Shown here piece by piece: positions 26,641 to 35,531 of a stretch of DNA of 64,000 bases; position 1 is the stretch's first letter, and every line of letters begins with the position of its first letter. The notes beneath the pieces are model-generated. The model had not been told where the DNA came from. It searched no databases and saw only the letters and a program-made list of their open reading frames with translations. A program made the position numbers and the translations under genes. Origin of the DNA: Candidatus Aenigmatarchaeota archaeon (GTDB lineage: Archaea > Aenigmatarchaeota > Aenigmatarchaeia > CG10238-14 > SCSR01); NCBI GenBank assembly GCA_038998335.1, contig JAVZHQ010000001.1, positions 640,001 through 704,000 on the forward strand, read 5' to 3'.

Positions 26641-27785
26641 ACTATCAGCTCTGAGTTAATCGTTTCACCCTCATAATTAGGGTATGGAAGCTTGATGATA
26701 AAAGTGTAAATGTTTTTAGCCGAAGTTGGAGCTTCATAACCAAAAACTATAGGTGGTTTTGAGGGAATAATTTTTATTATTTCTTCTACGGCTTCTGCAG
26801 GATTAACTACTTCTAAATCAAAATACTTTCCTTTACACTCGGTTGAAATGTTTTTAAGAGCATCGACTACTTTTTTCACTCCGCATAAATCACAGCTTCC
26901 TTGAGTTGGTTGGGGAGGAGAATAGGTTGGGTAGTAATACTCACACCATTGTCTCCATGCATTAACACAGCTATTTACACTAAAGTTTCCTTTTAAAGTA
27001 AAGATAGAAATGTTATGTTGTTTACATGTCTTAAGTCCATTATCAAAACTATCTTGAAAATTGCCCATTTTATCGCTATCTGTACATATACAAACATCAC
27101 TTCCTGTGGTTAGTTCGTCGGTTATTATTATTATCGCAGTTAAGTTAAGTTTTTCAGCTAAGCATTTAATTCCATTACCCCAATCTTCTTCAGTTTGCTT
27201 AAGAAGTGAACAACCAGTTAATTCAAAACAGTCATCTTTAACTTTTGTGTTTTTAAATATTTCGCAACCCCAAGAAGAGCCTGCACCTTTAAGTGTGTAT
27301 ATCCTTATCTTTATTTTTTTCTTTAAGGCTATTAGGTTTATTTCTTCTATCTTATCTTTTATAACATCTATTTCATCTTTTAAACTTCCTGAAGTGTCTA
27401 ATAAAAAAACGACATTAACCCATTCTTTTGGTACATAAACGATAAACTTCCAGTTTTTATCAAAATATCTCTCAAAAAATTGTGGCAAAATTTCAGAGAC
27501 ATTAATTACACCATAGCCTTCTCCATAGTTAACAGTTAAATTTTCAGAAACTACAGCATCAGAAACTATAGAAGCTAAAGACCTTTCTGTGCCGTAAATT
27601 TTAGAAGATTGTAAAGTAATAACTGCATCGCTCACTCTATTATAAATTTGCTCTCTAGTTAGCAATTCTTTTTGAGTTTCACTTATAGAAACATAACGAA
27701 AATAAAGAATTGAAAGAAGGATGGTTACACCAACTACAATGACAAGTATTTCTACTATTTCTAAAGTTTGAGCTTTATGAAACAA
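26634..27785 (-). CDS. Pilin-signal protein with vWA domain
   Basis: KAQTLE signal; VFLLDTSGS MIDAS motif; IIITDE. Confidence 0.75.
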   Translation of the reverse strand: MFHKAQTLEIVEILVIVVGVTILLSILYFRYVSISETQKELLTREQIYNRVSDAVITLQSSKIYGTERSLASIVSDAVVSENLTVNYGEGYGVINVSEILPQFFERYFDKNWKFIVYVPKEWVNVVFLLDTSGSLKDEIDVIKDKIEEINLIALKKKIKIRIYTLKGAGSSWGCEIFKNTKVKDDCFELTGCSLLKQTEEDWGNGIKCLAEKLNLTAIIIITDELTTGSDVCICTDSDKMGNFQDSFDNGLKTCKQHNISIFTLKGNFSVNSCVNAWRQWCEYYYPTYSPPQPTQGSCDLCGVKKVVDALKNISTECKGKYFDLEVVNPAEAVEEIIKIIPSKPPIVFGYEAPTSAKNIYTFIIKLPYPNYEGETINSELIVW

Positions 27786-28542
27786 AAACTTCTCCTCCTA
27801 TCTTCTTGATTGAAATTTCGTAACTTCCTGGTTTAAGTCTATCCATATGCGTTTTGCAATAGACTTTTCTACAAACTATTTTCGAGTATAGCTCCTGACA
27901 AATTCTATCTTCTTCAGCAACCAACGGATAAGAAGTAGTTATTCTTTGCCTTAAAGAAGAACCTGTATCGCATACTCTGTTTATTAAGCCAGCAAATTCT
28001 TCAAGCTCTCCTTTCACAACTTTTAATCTTAGCATTCCTGGTTGTAAAAATGAAGAGTTTATTCTTATAGAAACAGGGAAAGATATTTCTACGGATTTTT
28101 TAAGTGCATTTCCTTCTGAAAAATTTTGAGAACCAAACCTCCATACTCTACTATTTTGCTTAAAATTATGTATACTAGTGTCAATTTGCGATTCAAAAGA
28201 TTCTATAAAAACTTCATAGCCATAAGCGTAACTTTTTGCACATTCTGGTTCAATTTCTTTATACTTGGAAGAGAATTCCAAAATTTTATTTAAATCTAAA
28301 ACTTTTTGGGTAACGTTAGAGAAAGTGTAAAAAAAACTGTTTTCTTCTTGATATGCTAAGCAAGAAGAAGATGTTGTTAAAAGTTGCGAAATAGTTATAG
28401 CTTTTTCTAACATTTCTAAGTCAGACATAAGCTGTGCATTAGTTTGGGTTATTGAAGTTATTTGATTGATGAAAATTGAGATTACGATTAGGATTAACAC
28501 TAGAAATATTCCTTTCATTAAAAAACTAAGCTGGGCTTTCAT
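27775..28542 (-). CDS. Class III signal peptide (pilin-like) protein
   Basis: MKAQ + hydrophobic helix. Confidence 0.7.
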   Translation of the reverse strand: MKAQLSFLMKGIFLVLILIVISIFINQITSITQTNAQLMSDLEMLEKAITISQLLTTSSSCLAYQEENSFFYTFSNVTQKVLDLNKILEFSSKYKEIEPECAKSYAYGYEVFIESFESQIDTSIHNFKQNSRVWRFGSQNFSEGNALKKSVEISFPVSIRINSSFLQPGMLRLKVVKGELEEFAGLINRVCDTGSSLRQRITTSYPLVAEEDRICQELYSKIVCRKVYCKTHMDRLKPGSYEISIKKIGGEVFVS

Positions 28543-29158
28543 AACTTGCTCTCCTTGACTTCCACACGATAATAAAAATTAAAGCTAAGATTATAGCCAC
28601 AACAACAAAATAAATGTATATAGAAAAAGATGGTGGTTTTATTTTACAATCTTGAGGACAATTTTCATAATTTTCTTCTAAATTTTCTTCACAGACTTCA
28701 TTTCCGCAATGACAGTCTGATAAACATGTGTAGAAAGTTTCTCCACTCAATTCTTCACACAAATTATTTTTAAAGCAAAGATAGTCAGAAAGGTCTAGAC
28801 TATGGATAAGTCTATTGTTGTGTAAAAAATCTATGTACTTAGATGTGTTTTTCCATTCAACTCTTAAGTACCCAAAAGAACTATTTGTTTCGGTACCGCC
28901 TGTGAAGTCAAAAATATAGAACAAAACAGGTATGTTTAAAGAATAAATTGTTTCGTTTCTAAAATCTTTTATTACAACTTTGTATTCATCTGAAGAAGAA
29001 GGTGGAATAAAAATCTTTGAATCAAAAACCTTGACAGAATTTACAAGTACTGTATCATTTTTAAAAATTGTATAATCAATACTCAAGACTTGTAAGGCTT
29101 TAGTTGCAGGGAACGTGAAAAATATAAAAGAGAAGATTATAACTAATTTTTTATTCAC
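28526..29158 (-). CDS. Surface protein with Cys repeats and C-terminal TM
   Basis: Signal peptide; C..N.CE..GE...TC.SDC-type repeat twice; TM anchor. Confidence 0.7.
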   Translation of the reverse strand: MNKKLVIIFSFIFFTFPATKALQVLSIDYTIFKNDTVLVNSVKVFDSKIFIPPSSSDEYKVVIKDFRNETIYSLNIPVLFYIFDFTGGTETNSSFGYLRVEWKNTSKYIDFLHNNRLIHSLDLSDYLCFKNNLCEELSGETFYTCLSDCHCGNEVCEENLEENYENCPQDCKIKPPSFSIYIYFVVVAIILALIFIIVWKSRRASYESPA

Positions 29159-30671
29159 AATAACCTGCCTCCTTTAACTTTGTCTTTATAAAATTATAGG
29201 CGTTCGAATCAAATTTATTTGGATAGCCAGCCATCCCGCTACATGTTAAAGGGTTTTTGATATTTGCGCCGCCTCCCATTATACAAGTTTCATAAGGCGG
29301 CCCTGCTACTGACATTTTTTCTCCACATGTTCCAACTTGGCATGGAGAATTGTCTATGCTACAATCGTTCACACAAGAATTTGGTGGACCAACTCCTGTA
29401 TTGAGAGGATAGGGATTCCCACAACCAGAATAGGGAGGACCACTTTCACTATAATAAGGAAAAGTAAATGTAGTAAATCGTAAATTTTCTCCCTCCCATA
29501 CGCTTTTCTTATACTCGTCACAGAGTTTTAATTGATGTCCTATTTCATGCGAAATGCAATATTTATCCAAATCGTCTGGTAAACCACCAAAACAAATCAC
29601 AAAAGGATAAGGAGGAGTTGCATAACCATTACATATAGGGTCATCGTTAAAAGCTGCTACAAGGTCAAAATCTGTTACACCAGAATTTTGAACACATTCT
29701 ATCGCTTCTGATGGGCAAGTGAAGTCCAAATCTGTACAATGACAGTTAAGATTAAGATATTCTATCGTAATCGAATCTGGACATTCTCTGAATGGACTTA
29801 CTGAAAGAAACCTTTCCATTCTGTCCATTGCTCTTGTTAAGTAAGAACTCATATCATCGTAGTTAATAGCAACAGTAACTATTTTAAAAATTTTAGTTGT
29901 TTTACAATCATTGCTATATTCATTTTCATCCATACACCTTGCTTCTCCATTTTTTGGATTATTACACCATTTTGGTTTACTTTCTGGACAACAATGTTTG
30001 TTTGAGCATATCGGTTTATCGGATGGGCAACAAACTCTTCCTTGGGAATCTATCCATAAGCCAGAATCAGTAGAACCTAAACAAACACTTTCAGCAGGGC
30101 AGAGTGGAGGTTTGTCACACTGTCTGCTAGAGTTCAAATACTTTGAACAACAAGCTAAAGAATCAGGAGCATACTCTCCATTGGGAGCACAATTTTGATT
30201 GCAAGTATATTTATCTTTTTGACCCCAACAAAAACCTGAACAACAAGCTAAAGAAAAAGAACAAGCTTCTCCGTTTTCCAAACATCTTCCCATAATAAAA
30301 ATCTTGTTTTCCATTTTGGCTATTGTAATTTTTTTACTATCTTCAAAAAAATTGCTAACTATTTCTGGCATTTGCTTTGAAAAGCTTGCTGTTTTGTTCA
30401 AGTTTTTATCATGAACAAAAACTGTATTATTTTCTATTTTAACGTAATATCTGACTAAAGGCGGGTAATAAACAAAAACTACATCTCCACTAGTTGCTAT
30501 TGCTTTGTCTATTATAGCTTCTAAATCTTTAGCAAATATTACAACAACCTCTTCCTTAGCAATTTGTGTTTGAACGTTGTAGAAAGAGAGTAGTTGATAA
30601 ACAGTTATGCCAGAAGCGACCAAAACTCCAATTATTAATATCGTTTCTGTAATCCCAAACTGAGCTTTCAT
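29151..30671 (-). CDS. Pilin-signal Cys-rich zinc metalloprotease-like protein
   Basis: MKAQ...E signal; Cys-rich repeats; HEIGH.L.L.DEY zinc motif and CIMG Met-turn. Confidence 0.72.
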   Translation of the reverse strand: MKAQFGITETILIIGVLVASGITVYQLLSFYNVQTQIAKEEVVVIFAKDLEAIIDKAIATSGDVVFVYYPPLVRYYVKIENNTVFVHDKNLNKTASFSKQMPEIVSNFFEDSKKITIAKMENKIFIMGRCLENGEACSFSLACCSGFCWGQKDKYTCNQNCAPNGEYAPDSLACCSKYLNSSRQCDKPPLCPAESVCLGSTDSGLWIDSQGRVCCPSDKPICSNKHCCPESKPKWCNNPKNGEARCMDENEYSNDCKTTKIFKIVTVAINYDDMSSYLTRAMDRMERFLSVSPFRECPDSITIEYLNLNCHCTDLDFTCPSEAIECVQNSGVTDFDLVAAFNDDPICNGYATPPYPFVICFGGLPDDLDKYCISHEIGHQLKLCDEYKKSVWEGENLRFTTFTFPYYSESGPPYSGCGNPYPLNTGVGPPNSCVNDCSIDNSPCQVGTCGEKMSVAGPPYETCIMGGGANIKNPLTCSGMAGYPNKFDSNAYNFIKTKLKEAGYCE

Positions 30672-31171
30672 CTAATTGTTATATTGACTTTTTCGCTGCT
30701 TATTTTTTTAATTTCTAATTCGTATTCCTTAAAAGGGGCGCTCCCCAATATTTTGCTCACCGAAACCCAAATATCCTCTTTTTCTGGCAAAACTCCTAGA
30801 TAAGGCATGGTTAAGTTACAATAAAGTTTTTGACATCTCAAATAATTTTCATCCTTAAACTGCAAGCATAAGTTATAACCAGAACTTAAATTTTGATTTT
30901 TAATTAAATCAACAACTTTTATAGGAATTTTTTTCTCATCTGTAGAAAAAACAACCCTTGTTTGAAACTCAAACCTATATTTTTTAACAAGAGAATTGTT
31001 AATCTCTTGAACACAAACTGAATTTATATCAGTAAACAAATCTGAGAATTGTGATAAAGTATTCTGCTTTTGAGAAAAGTTGATGGCTGAAGAAATTAGA
31101 TGGTAAGCTATGGCTAAAATTAAAATGCTTATAACAATTCCACCAACAACATAAACCCATACTTCTGGCAT
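30668..31171 (-). CDS. Pilin-like protein
   Basis: N-terminal hydrophobic helix, within the pilin operon. Confidence 0.6.
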   Translation of the reverse strand: MPEVWVYVVGGIVISILILAIAYHLISSAINFSQKQNTLSQFSDLFTDINSVCVQEINNSLVKKYRFEFQTRVVFSTDEKKIPIKVVDLIKNQNLSSGYNLCLQFKDENYLRCQKLYCNLTMPYLGVLPEKEDIWVSVSKILGSAPFKEYELEIKKISSEKVNITIR

Positions 31172-31197
31172 TAATTAAAAAATAGCTTTTTTAGAAT

Positions 31198-31767
31198 TTA
31201 TGGACATTCTTCTGTATAGCCAGAAGCTATCCACCAATAAGATTCGTTATGGCCTGTAGTTTTATCTTCAAAGAAGCAAGTTCCTGGGTTTATGTCCCTT
31301 CTTACCATTTTAATCGCATCTTCCTTTGTAATGTAGCCAAGAGTTTGATTATAATAATTACAAAGCAATCTTAAACAATTTGCAGCCGATAGTTGATAAT
31401 TGCCGCATCTACAATCAGGATAAATGTGAAAACAATAAATCCCATCCTCACAAAGAGGAATTCCTTCTACCAAATTACCAACGTTTTTTTCCATTTTTTT
31501 CCCGTTCCAGTTAATATCAAGTTCTACCTTTCTCTCACAAAAATTTTTTCCAGCAATTTCATCACAACTTATTCTATAATTATCGCATAAATTCTTGCAT
31601 TCCAAATAAGCCTGCTCATAACCTCCTGCATCAGTTAATCTTTTAACTGGCTCCAAAATTGGAGTAACTGAAACATATTGAGAAACTAGCCTTATTACAA
31701 CTAAGGTTACAACAATCATTATAAATAAAAGAAAAACTATTTCTAGTGCCGTCAATCCTTTTTTCAT
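31198..31767 (-). CDS. Class III signal peptide pilin-like protein, Cys-rich
   Basis: MKKGLTALE signal with Glu at +5. Confidence 0.75.
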   Translation of the reverse strand: MKKGLTALEIVFLLFIMIVVTLVVIRLVSQYVSVTPILEPVKRLTDAGGYEQAYLECKNLCDNYRISCDEIAGKNFCERKVELDINWNGKKMEKNVGNLVEGIPLCEDGIYCFHIYPDCRCGNYQLSAANCLRLLCNYYNQTLGYITKEDAIKMVRRDINPGTCFFEDKTTGHNESYWWIASGYTEECP

Positions 31768-31800
31768 ACAATTAGAATTTCTTTTTTTTATATTTAATAG

Positions 31801-32199
31801 TTAGCATTTAATTGAAATGTTGTACTTTATAAAATCATACTCAAGAAAAACAGAAGTTGCATCGGGGTTTCCACAATTCCATTCACAGTTTGGATGTGAA
31901 AAAGAAGCTAAAGAGATAGAACCATTAATAACATAACAAAGACAACTTTGCTTCAAGTTTATTTTACCAGTTTTTTGCCAGCATAAATCACAGTATTTTT
32001 TCAAAGTATTTTCGTTTATTTGCTCGCTAATCAATTGAGTTTCACACTTTTTTTCTTCTTCACAAGGAGGAAAAAAACAAGGAAGTTTTATTAGAGTAGC
32101 CAAATGCTTAAGGTTAAAAATTATCCCTATTATAACCACTACTGCAACTATAAGAATAAAAACTTTAAAGATTAGCTCTAAAGCCATCTCTGCCATCAA
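31801..32199 (-). CDS. Pilin-like protein
   Basis: N-terminal TM; CW..T....C motif shared with its neighbours. Confidence 0.6.
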   Translation of the reverse strand: MMAEMALELIFKVFILIVAVVVIIGIIFNLKHLATLIKLPCFFPPCEEEKKCETQLISEQINENTLKKYCDLCWQKTGKINLKQSCLCYVINGSISLASFSHPNCEWNCGNPDATSVFLEYDFIKYNISIKC

Positions 32200-32690
32200 A
32201 TTACCTCAATTAATTTACTCGTTGCATTATAATAAATTCCTACGGATTTTGGCATTTCTATAATCCCAACCTTCCAGTCTATTATATCTCTATAATCAGG
32301 GGGAAGTTGAGAAGTTACGTTATCCTTCATGACTTTGTCGTCAAGCTTTTTCAAAACAATTTCATAACAAATTTTATCGGTTTCTAATTCAACTTTTGCA
32401 GTAGTGCTCCAGCATGCTAAGGAATACTCAGCAATTTTTCTTGAGATATAATTTACATCACCACTTTCTATTGTTATTGTTGGAAAAATTTGAGGAGTTT
32501 CGCAAAAAGCTGGTAAGGAAGGTTTTAAGGCACTTGGTAAAGGAAGGAAAGAATTTAAGCCAAAAAGAAAATCGCAATAAACTTTTCTTAAAGAAGGGGA
32601 AAGCTGTAAGCCTATGTAAGTTATTAGAAGGGAAATCGCTACTATCGCTATTAGGATATAAGCTATTGTGCTTAAAGCTATACCTTTCAT
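32196..32690 (-). CDS. Class III signal peptide pilin-like protein
   Basis: MKGIALS signal; CW....C motif. Confidence 0.7.
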   Translation of the reverse strand: MKGIALSTIAYILIAIVAISLLITYIGLQLSPSLRKVYCDFLFGLNSFLPLPSALKPSLPAFCETPQIFPTITIESGDVNYISRKIAEYSLACWSTTAKVELETDKICYEIVLKKLDDKVMKDNVTSQLPPDYRDIIDWKVGIIEMPKSVGIYYNATSKLIEVI

Positions 32691-33082
32691 TCAAACTCGA
32701 CCAAACTTATTTCTTCCCCTGTATAATTGTATCTAACTTTAATCGTATAATTTTGATCTTTTTCTAAAAAATCGAAATAAGCTTTGACTGGAATTAAAAA
32801 AAAGCTTTCTATTTCGCTTTTCTCTATTTTTTCTGAGCTACTTATTCTTACGATATAACAATCGTCATTATAAACATCCTTGCCAAAATCGTGCTTGCTC
32901 CAACAATTTTCTACACAAACTTTTAAAGAAGTTAAGATTTTATACTTACTTCCTGTTAAAAATTCTTCGCAAGTTTTTGAAGGGGAATATAAAAATGAGA
33001 TATAGATATAAACAGCAAATACCGCTACCATAATCAAAATCATGCTCATTAAAATTTTTCCTGTTTCCATATCATCAACCAA
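32687..33082 (-). CDS. Pilin-like protein
   Basis: N-terminal TM; CWS...DC motif. Confidence 0.6.
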   Translation of the reverse strand: MVDDMETGKILMSMILIMVAVFAVYIYISFLYSPSKTCEEFLTGSKYKILTSLKVCVENCWSKHDFGKDVYNDDCYIVRISSSEKIEKSEIESFFLIPVKAYFDFLEKDQNYTIKVRYNYTGEEISLVEFE

Positions 33083-35153
33083 GCTCGATTGAAATTCCTA
33101 AACTGTAAAATAGGAGTAGGCCAAAGAAAGAAACCATTCCATATACAAGAATTGCAGTAATCAAAGTTTTTCCTATTGTGTAATCCCTTGCAACTTTATC
33201 AAAACCGTTTTCTATTCCGCTTAAAAGCATAGCAAGTAAAGCAACAGTTTCAACAGTATAAATGCCTATTGCCGCTTGAAGGACTGTAAGAGGAACTAAT
33301 TCTTTAAAACTTCCTATTAGAATGTTTATAAAATTCTCTCCTCCTGTTAAAACGCCAAAACCGAGACTTTTCTCTATTTCTGCAAGCTTATCGGCAAGAA
33401 TTCTCAAAACATTTATTATAAAAATTGTTAGAGAACCTATTATCCCACAAATAAGCGGAACTACAAAACTTGCTTGAAGCCTTATTGCGGATCTTGTGTT
33501 TTCTAACAATTCTCTTATCTTTAATTCGATAGAATGAACGTTATCCAAGTAGTTTGCTATTGTTCTTGCTATAACTCCTAGCAAAACTGTGCTTTTTTCG
33601 GAAGCGTCAGACAAAACCTTCATTATATCCTCTATAAGGCGAGAAGGAAAGTACCTTAAAATTCCATGCTTTTCGTCGAACAAAGCCTTTCTAAAAGTCA
33701 TACCAAAATTCCTTATGTTTATCAAAAGTTTTGTTAGGAATGAATGAATTGCCCTTTTCTGCATCCCAAGCTTTTGATACTCTTCTAAGCTTTTGTTTAT
33801 CGCAACTTCTATAGGCATTCCTTCTGATAAAAAATTACCAAGAGTTACTAAGCCTGTTCTAAACTCGTCTTCTATGTTTTTAATCTGGTTTCTTATTTTT
33901 ACTCTTTGGAAACTTCTAAAGTAAAAATAAGAAATTACCATAGCAGCAAAACCTGCTGTTATAGAAAAGGTTGAAAGCAAATTTTCTAAGTTCATCTCTG
34001 CTTCTTTTTTCAAAATAGCTTCTTTGGCTGTTTCTGATGCTACTGAAAGGGAAGTATAAAGGTCAATAAAGTGGAAAATTCCGTAAAGCATCATAAGCAA
34101 GCCTATAAGAAAAGAGAAGAAAATTATTGGGATATAAAGATTAGTTTTTCCTAACTTTAAAACAAAAAAATTCTCTCTTGGTAGTTCAGGGTGTTTAGAA
34201 ATGTCTGGTGAAATAAAAGCTCCTGGTCTTTTCTTAAGTATTCTGTGGATGAAAAATAGGTTTAACAGCGGTAAAAGAACTGTATAACCTAAGATTAGCT
34301 GAAAAACATTTACTTGCTGATGTAAAAAGATTGCTACCATAGGAAACATAACTATTCCAAGAGCTGGAAGCATTATGCCAAAAAGATGGATCAACATTAA
34401 AGGAGAGGAAATTTCCTCAACATAGAGTTTCATTCTTTCATGAGTTGATTCAAGAATATAACTTAAAGCTTTTCTTAAAGTTGCCTCTCTTCTTTCTTCT
34501 GTAGCTTCTCTTAAAGTTCCGTACAATAAATTTACCGAGCGAACAAAATCTTCGTTCCAAATTGCCCATTTTGGCATGTAATAACTTAAGGCTTCTTCAA
34601 CTGTTGTATACTTTCCAACTTGCAAATCCCACATAGCTTTTTTCATATCGTTTGTTATTGGCCCAGAAATGTGAGTAGTTACAAAGTTTACTGCACCTTC
34701 AAAAGTTGGATTAAGTTTTAAATAAATAACCATGTACAAGATTATTTTTATTGATTCATCCCCTGCCTGAATCCTAATAACTTGGGAAAGAAATGAAGGG
34801 TAAGTCAAGATGTACCAAAAGATTATAAAAGGTAAAATTGAAAGAAAAATTAAGGTTACAAAATCTTGAATTATCAAGGAAAACAAGGCAAAAACTATAA
34901 AGGAAAGGATAAGAGCAAGGATTGAAGAAGAAAATACTCCTTCTGGGCTTGCTACGAGAGAAGAAAATGCTATATCTGTTTTAAGTTTTTCTTCCAAACT
35001 TTTTGGAGGTTTTATCCTTAACTTTTCTCCTATTTTACAAAACTTTTCGTAAAAAGTTTGTGGCTTTCTTGTTTTTTGCTCAGCTAGAAGGAAATCCAAA
35101 TATTCCTTGGAAAAATACTTTTTTTCCTCTTCTTTTTTCTTTCTTATCATCAA
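33075..35153 (-). CDS. TadC/ArlJ-like pilus membrane platform protein
   Basis: 692 aa with two T2SS-F-like modules; paralog of 50049..52094. Confidence 0.8.
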   Translation of the reverse strand: MMIRKKKEEEKKYFSKEYLDFLLAEQKTRKPQTFYEKFCKIGEKLRIKPPKSLEEKLKTDIAFSSLVASPEGVFSSSILALILSFIVFALFSLIIQDFVTLIFLSILPFIIFWYILTYPSFLSQVIRIQAGDESIKIILYMVIYLKLNPTFEGAVNFVTTHISGPITNDMKKAMWDLQVGKYTTVEEALSYYMPKWAIWNEDFVRSVNLLYGTLREATEERREATLRKALSYILESTHERMKLYVEEISSPLMLIHLFGIMLPALGIVMFPMVAIFLHQQVNVFQLILGYTVLLPLLNLFFIHRILKKRPGAFISPDISKHPELPRENFFVLKLGKTNLYIPIIFFSFLIGLLMMLYGIFHFIDLYTSLSVASETAKEAILKKEAEMNLENLLSTFSITAGFAAMVISYFYFRSFQRVKIRNQIKNIEDEFRTGLVTLGNFLSEGMPIEVAINKSLEEYQKLGMQKRAIHSFLTKLLINIRNFGMTFRKALFDEKHGILRYFPSRLIEDIMKVLSDASEKSTVLLGVIARTIANYLDNVHSIELKIRELLENTRSAIRLQASFVVPLICGIIGSLTIFIINVLRILADKLAEIEKSLGFGVLTGGENFINILIGSFKELVPLTVLQAAIGIYTVETVALLAMLLSGIENGFDKVARDYTIGKTLITAILVYGMVSFFGLLLFYSLGISIELG

Positions 35154-35207
35154 TTAATTTTTGGCTTTTTCTTGAATTAAATTTAAAAAAAGAAAGAAAA
35201 GAAGACA

Positions 35208-35529
35208 TTACTTTGCTAAAGTAATGTCTATGGTTGAAACATTCACTTTTGTTTTGTCTTCTAGTTCTCTTTCCTCTGTTCCTATCTCTATTGATTTTAT
35301 TTTCACTCCTTCGACAAACCTTCTTCTTACTATTTCTGCAACGTCTACTGCTCTACTAATAGCTTTTCCTCTTGCCTTTATGTGAACCTCTGGCTTTCCG
35401 TCAGAGAACTGAGTTATTACTCCTAACACATAAGCCATACTTGGTTTGCATTCGGTCGATGCTGCTTTGACAGCATCAATGTCCGACAAAGATTACATTG
35501 TCCTCAGTTTTTTCCTGTTTTTCTACCAT
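35208..35529 (-). CDS. albA: DNA/RNA-binding protein Alba, split by a 31-nt intron (exons 35529..35481 and 35449..35208; 96 aa)
   Basis: Spliced product [25 protein letters not shown]...[16 protein letters not shown]...VSTIDI; SD GGAGGTGA upstream. Confidence 0.9.
35450..35480 (-). other. 31-nt BHB intron in alba mRNA
   Basis: TTTG[TCGG]AC^A-TTGATGCTGT-CAAA-GCAGCATCGA-[CCGA]AT^G-CAAA; contains an in-frame TGA; excision restores the frame. Confidence 0.88.
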
Positions 35530-35531
35530 TT

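Noticed and set aside
35208-35489. ORF-track 93-aa Alba beginning [16 protein letters not shown]
   Set aside because: Starts at a TTG, runs through the intron, and lacks the conserved I.VG motif and an SD; the spliced model explains all features
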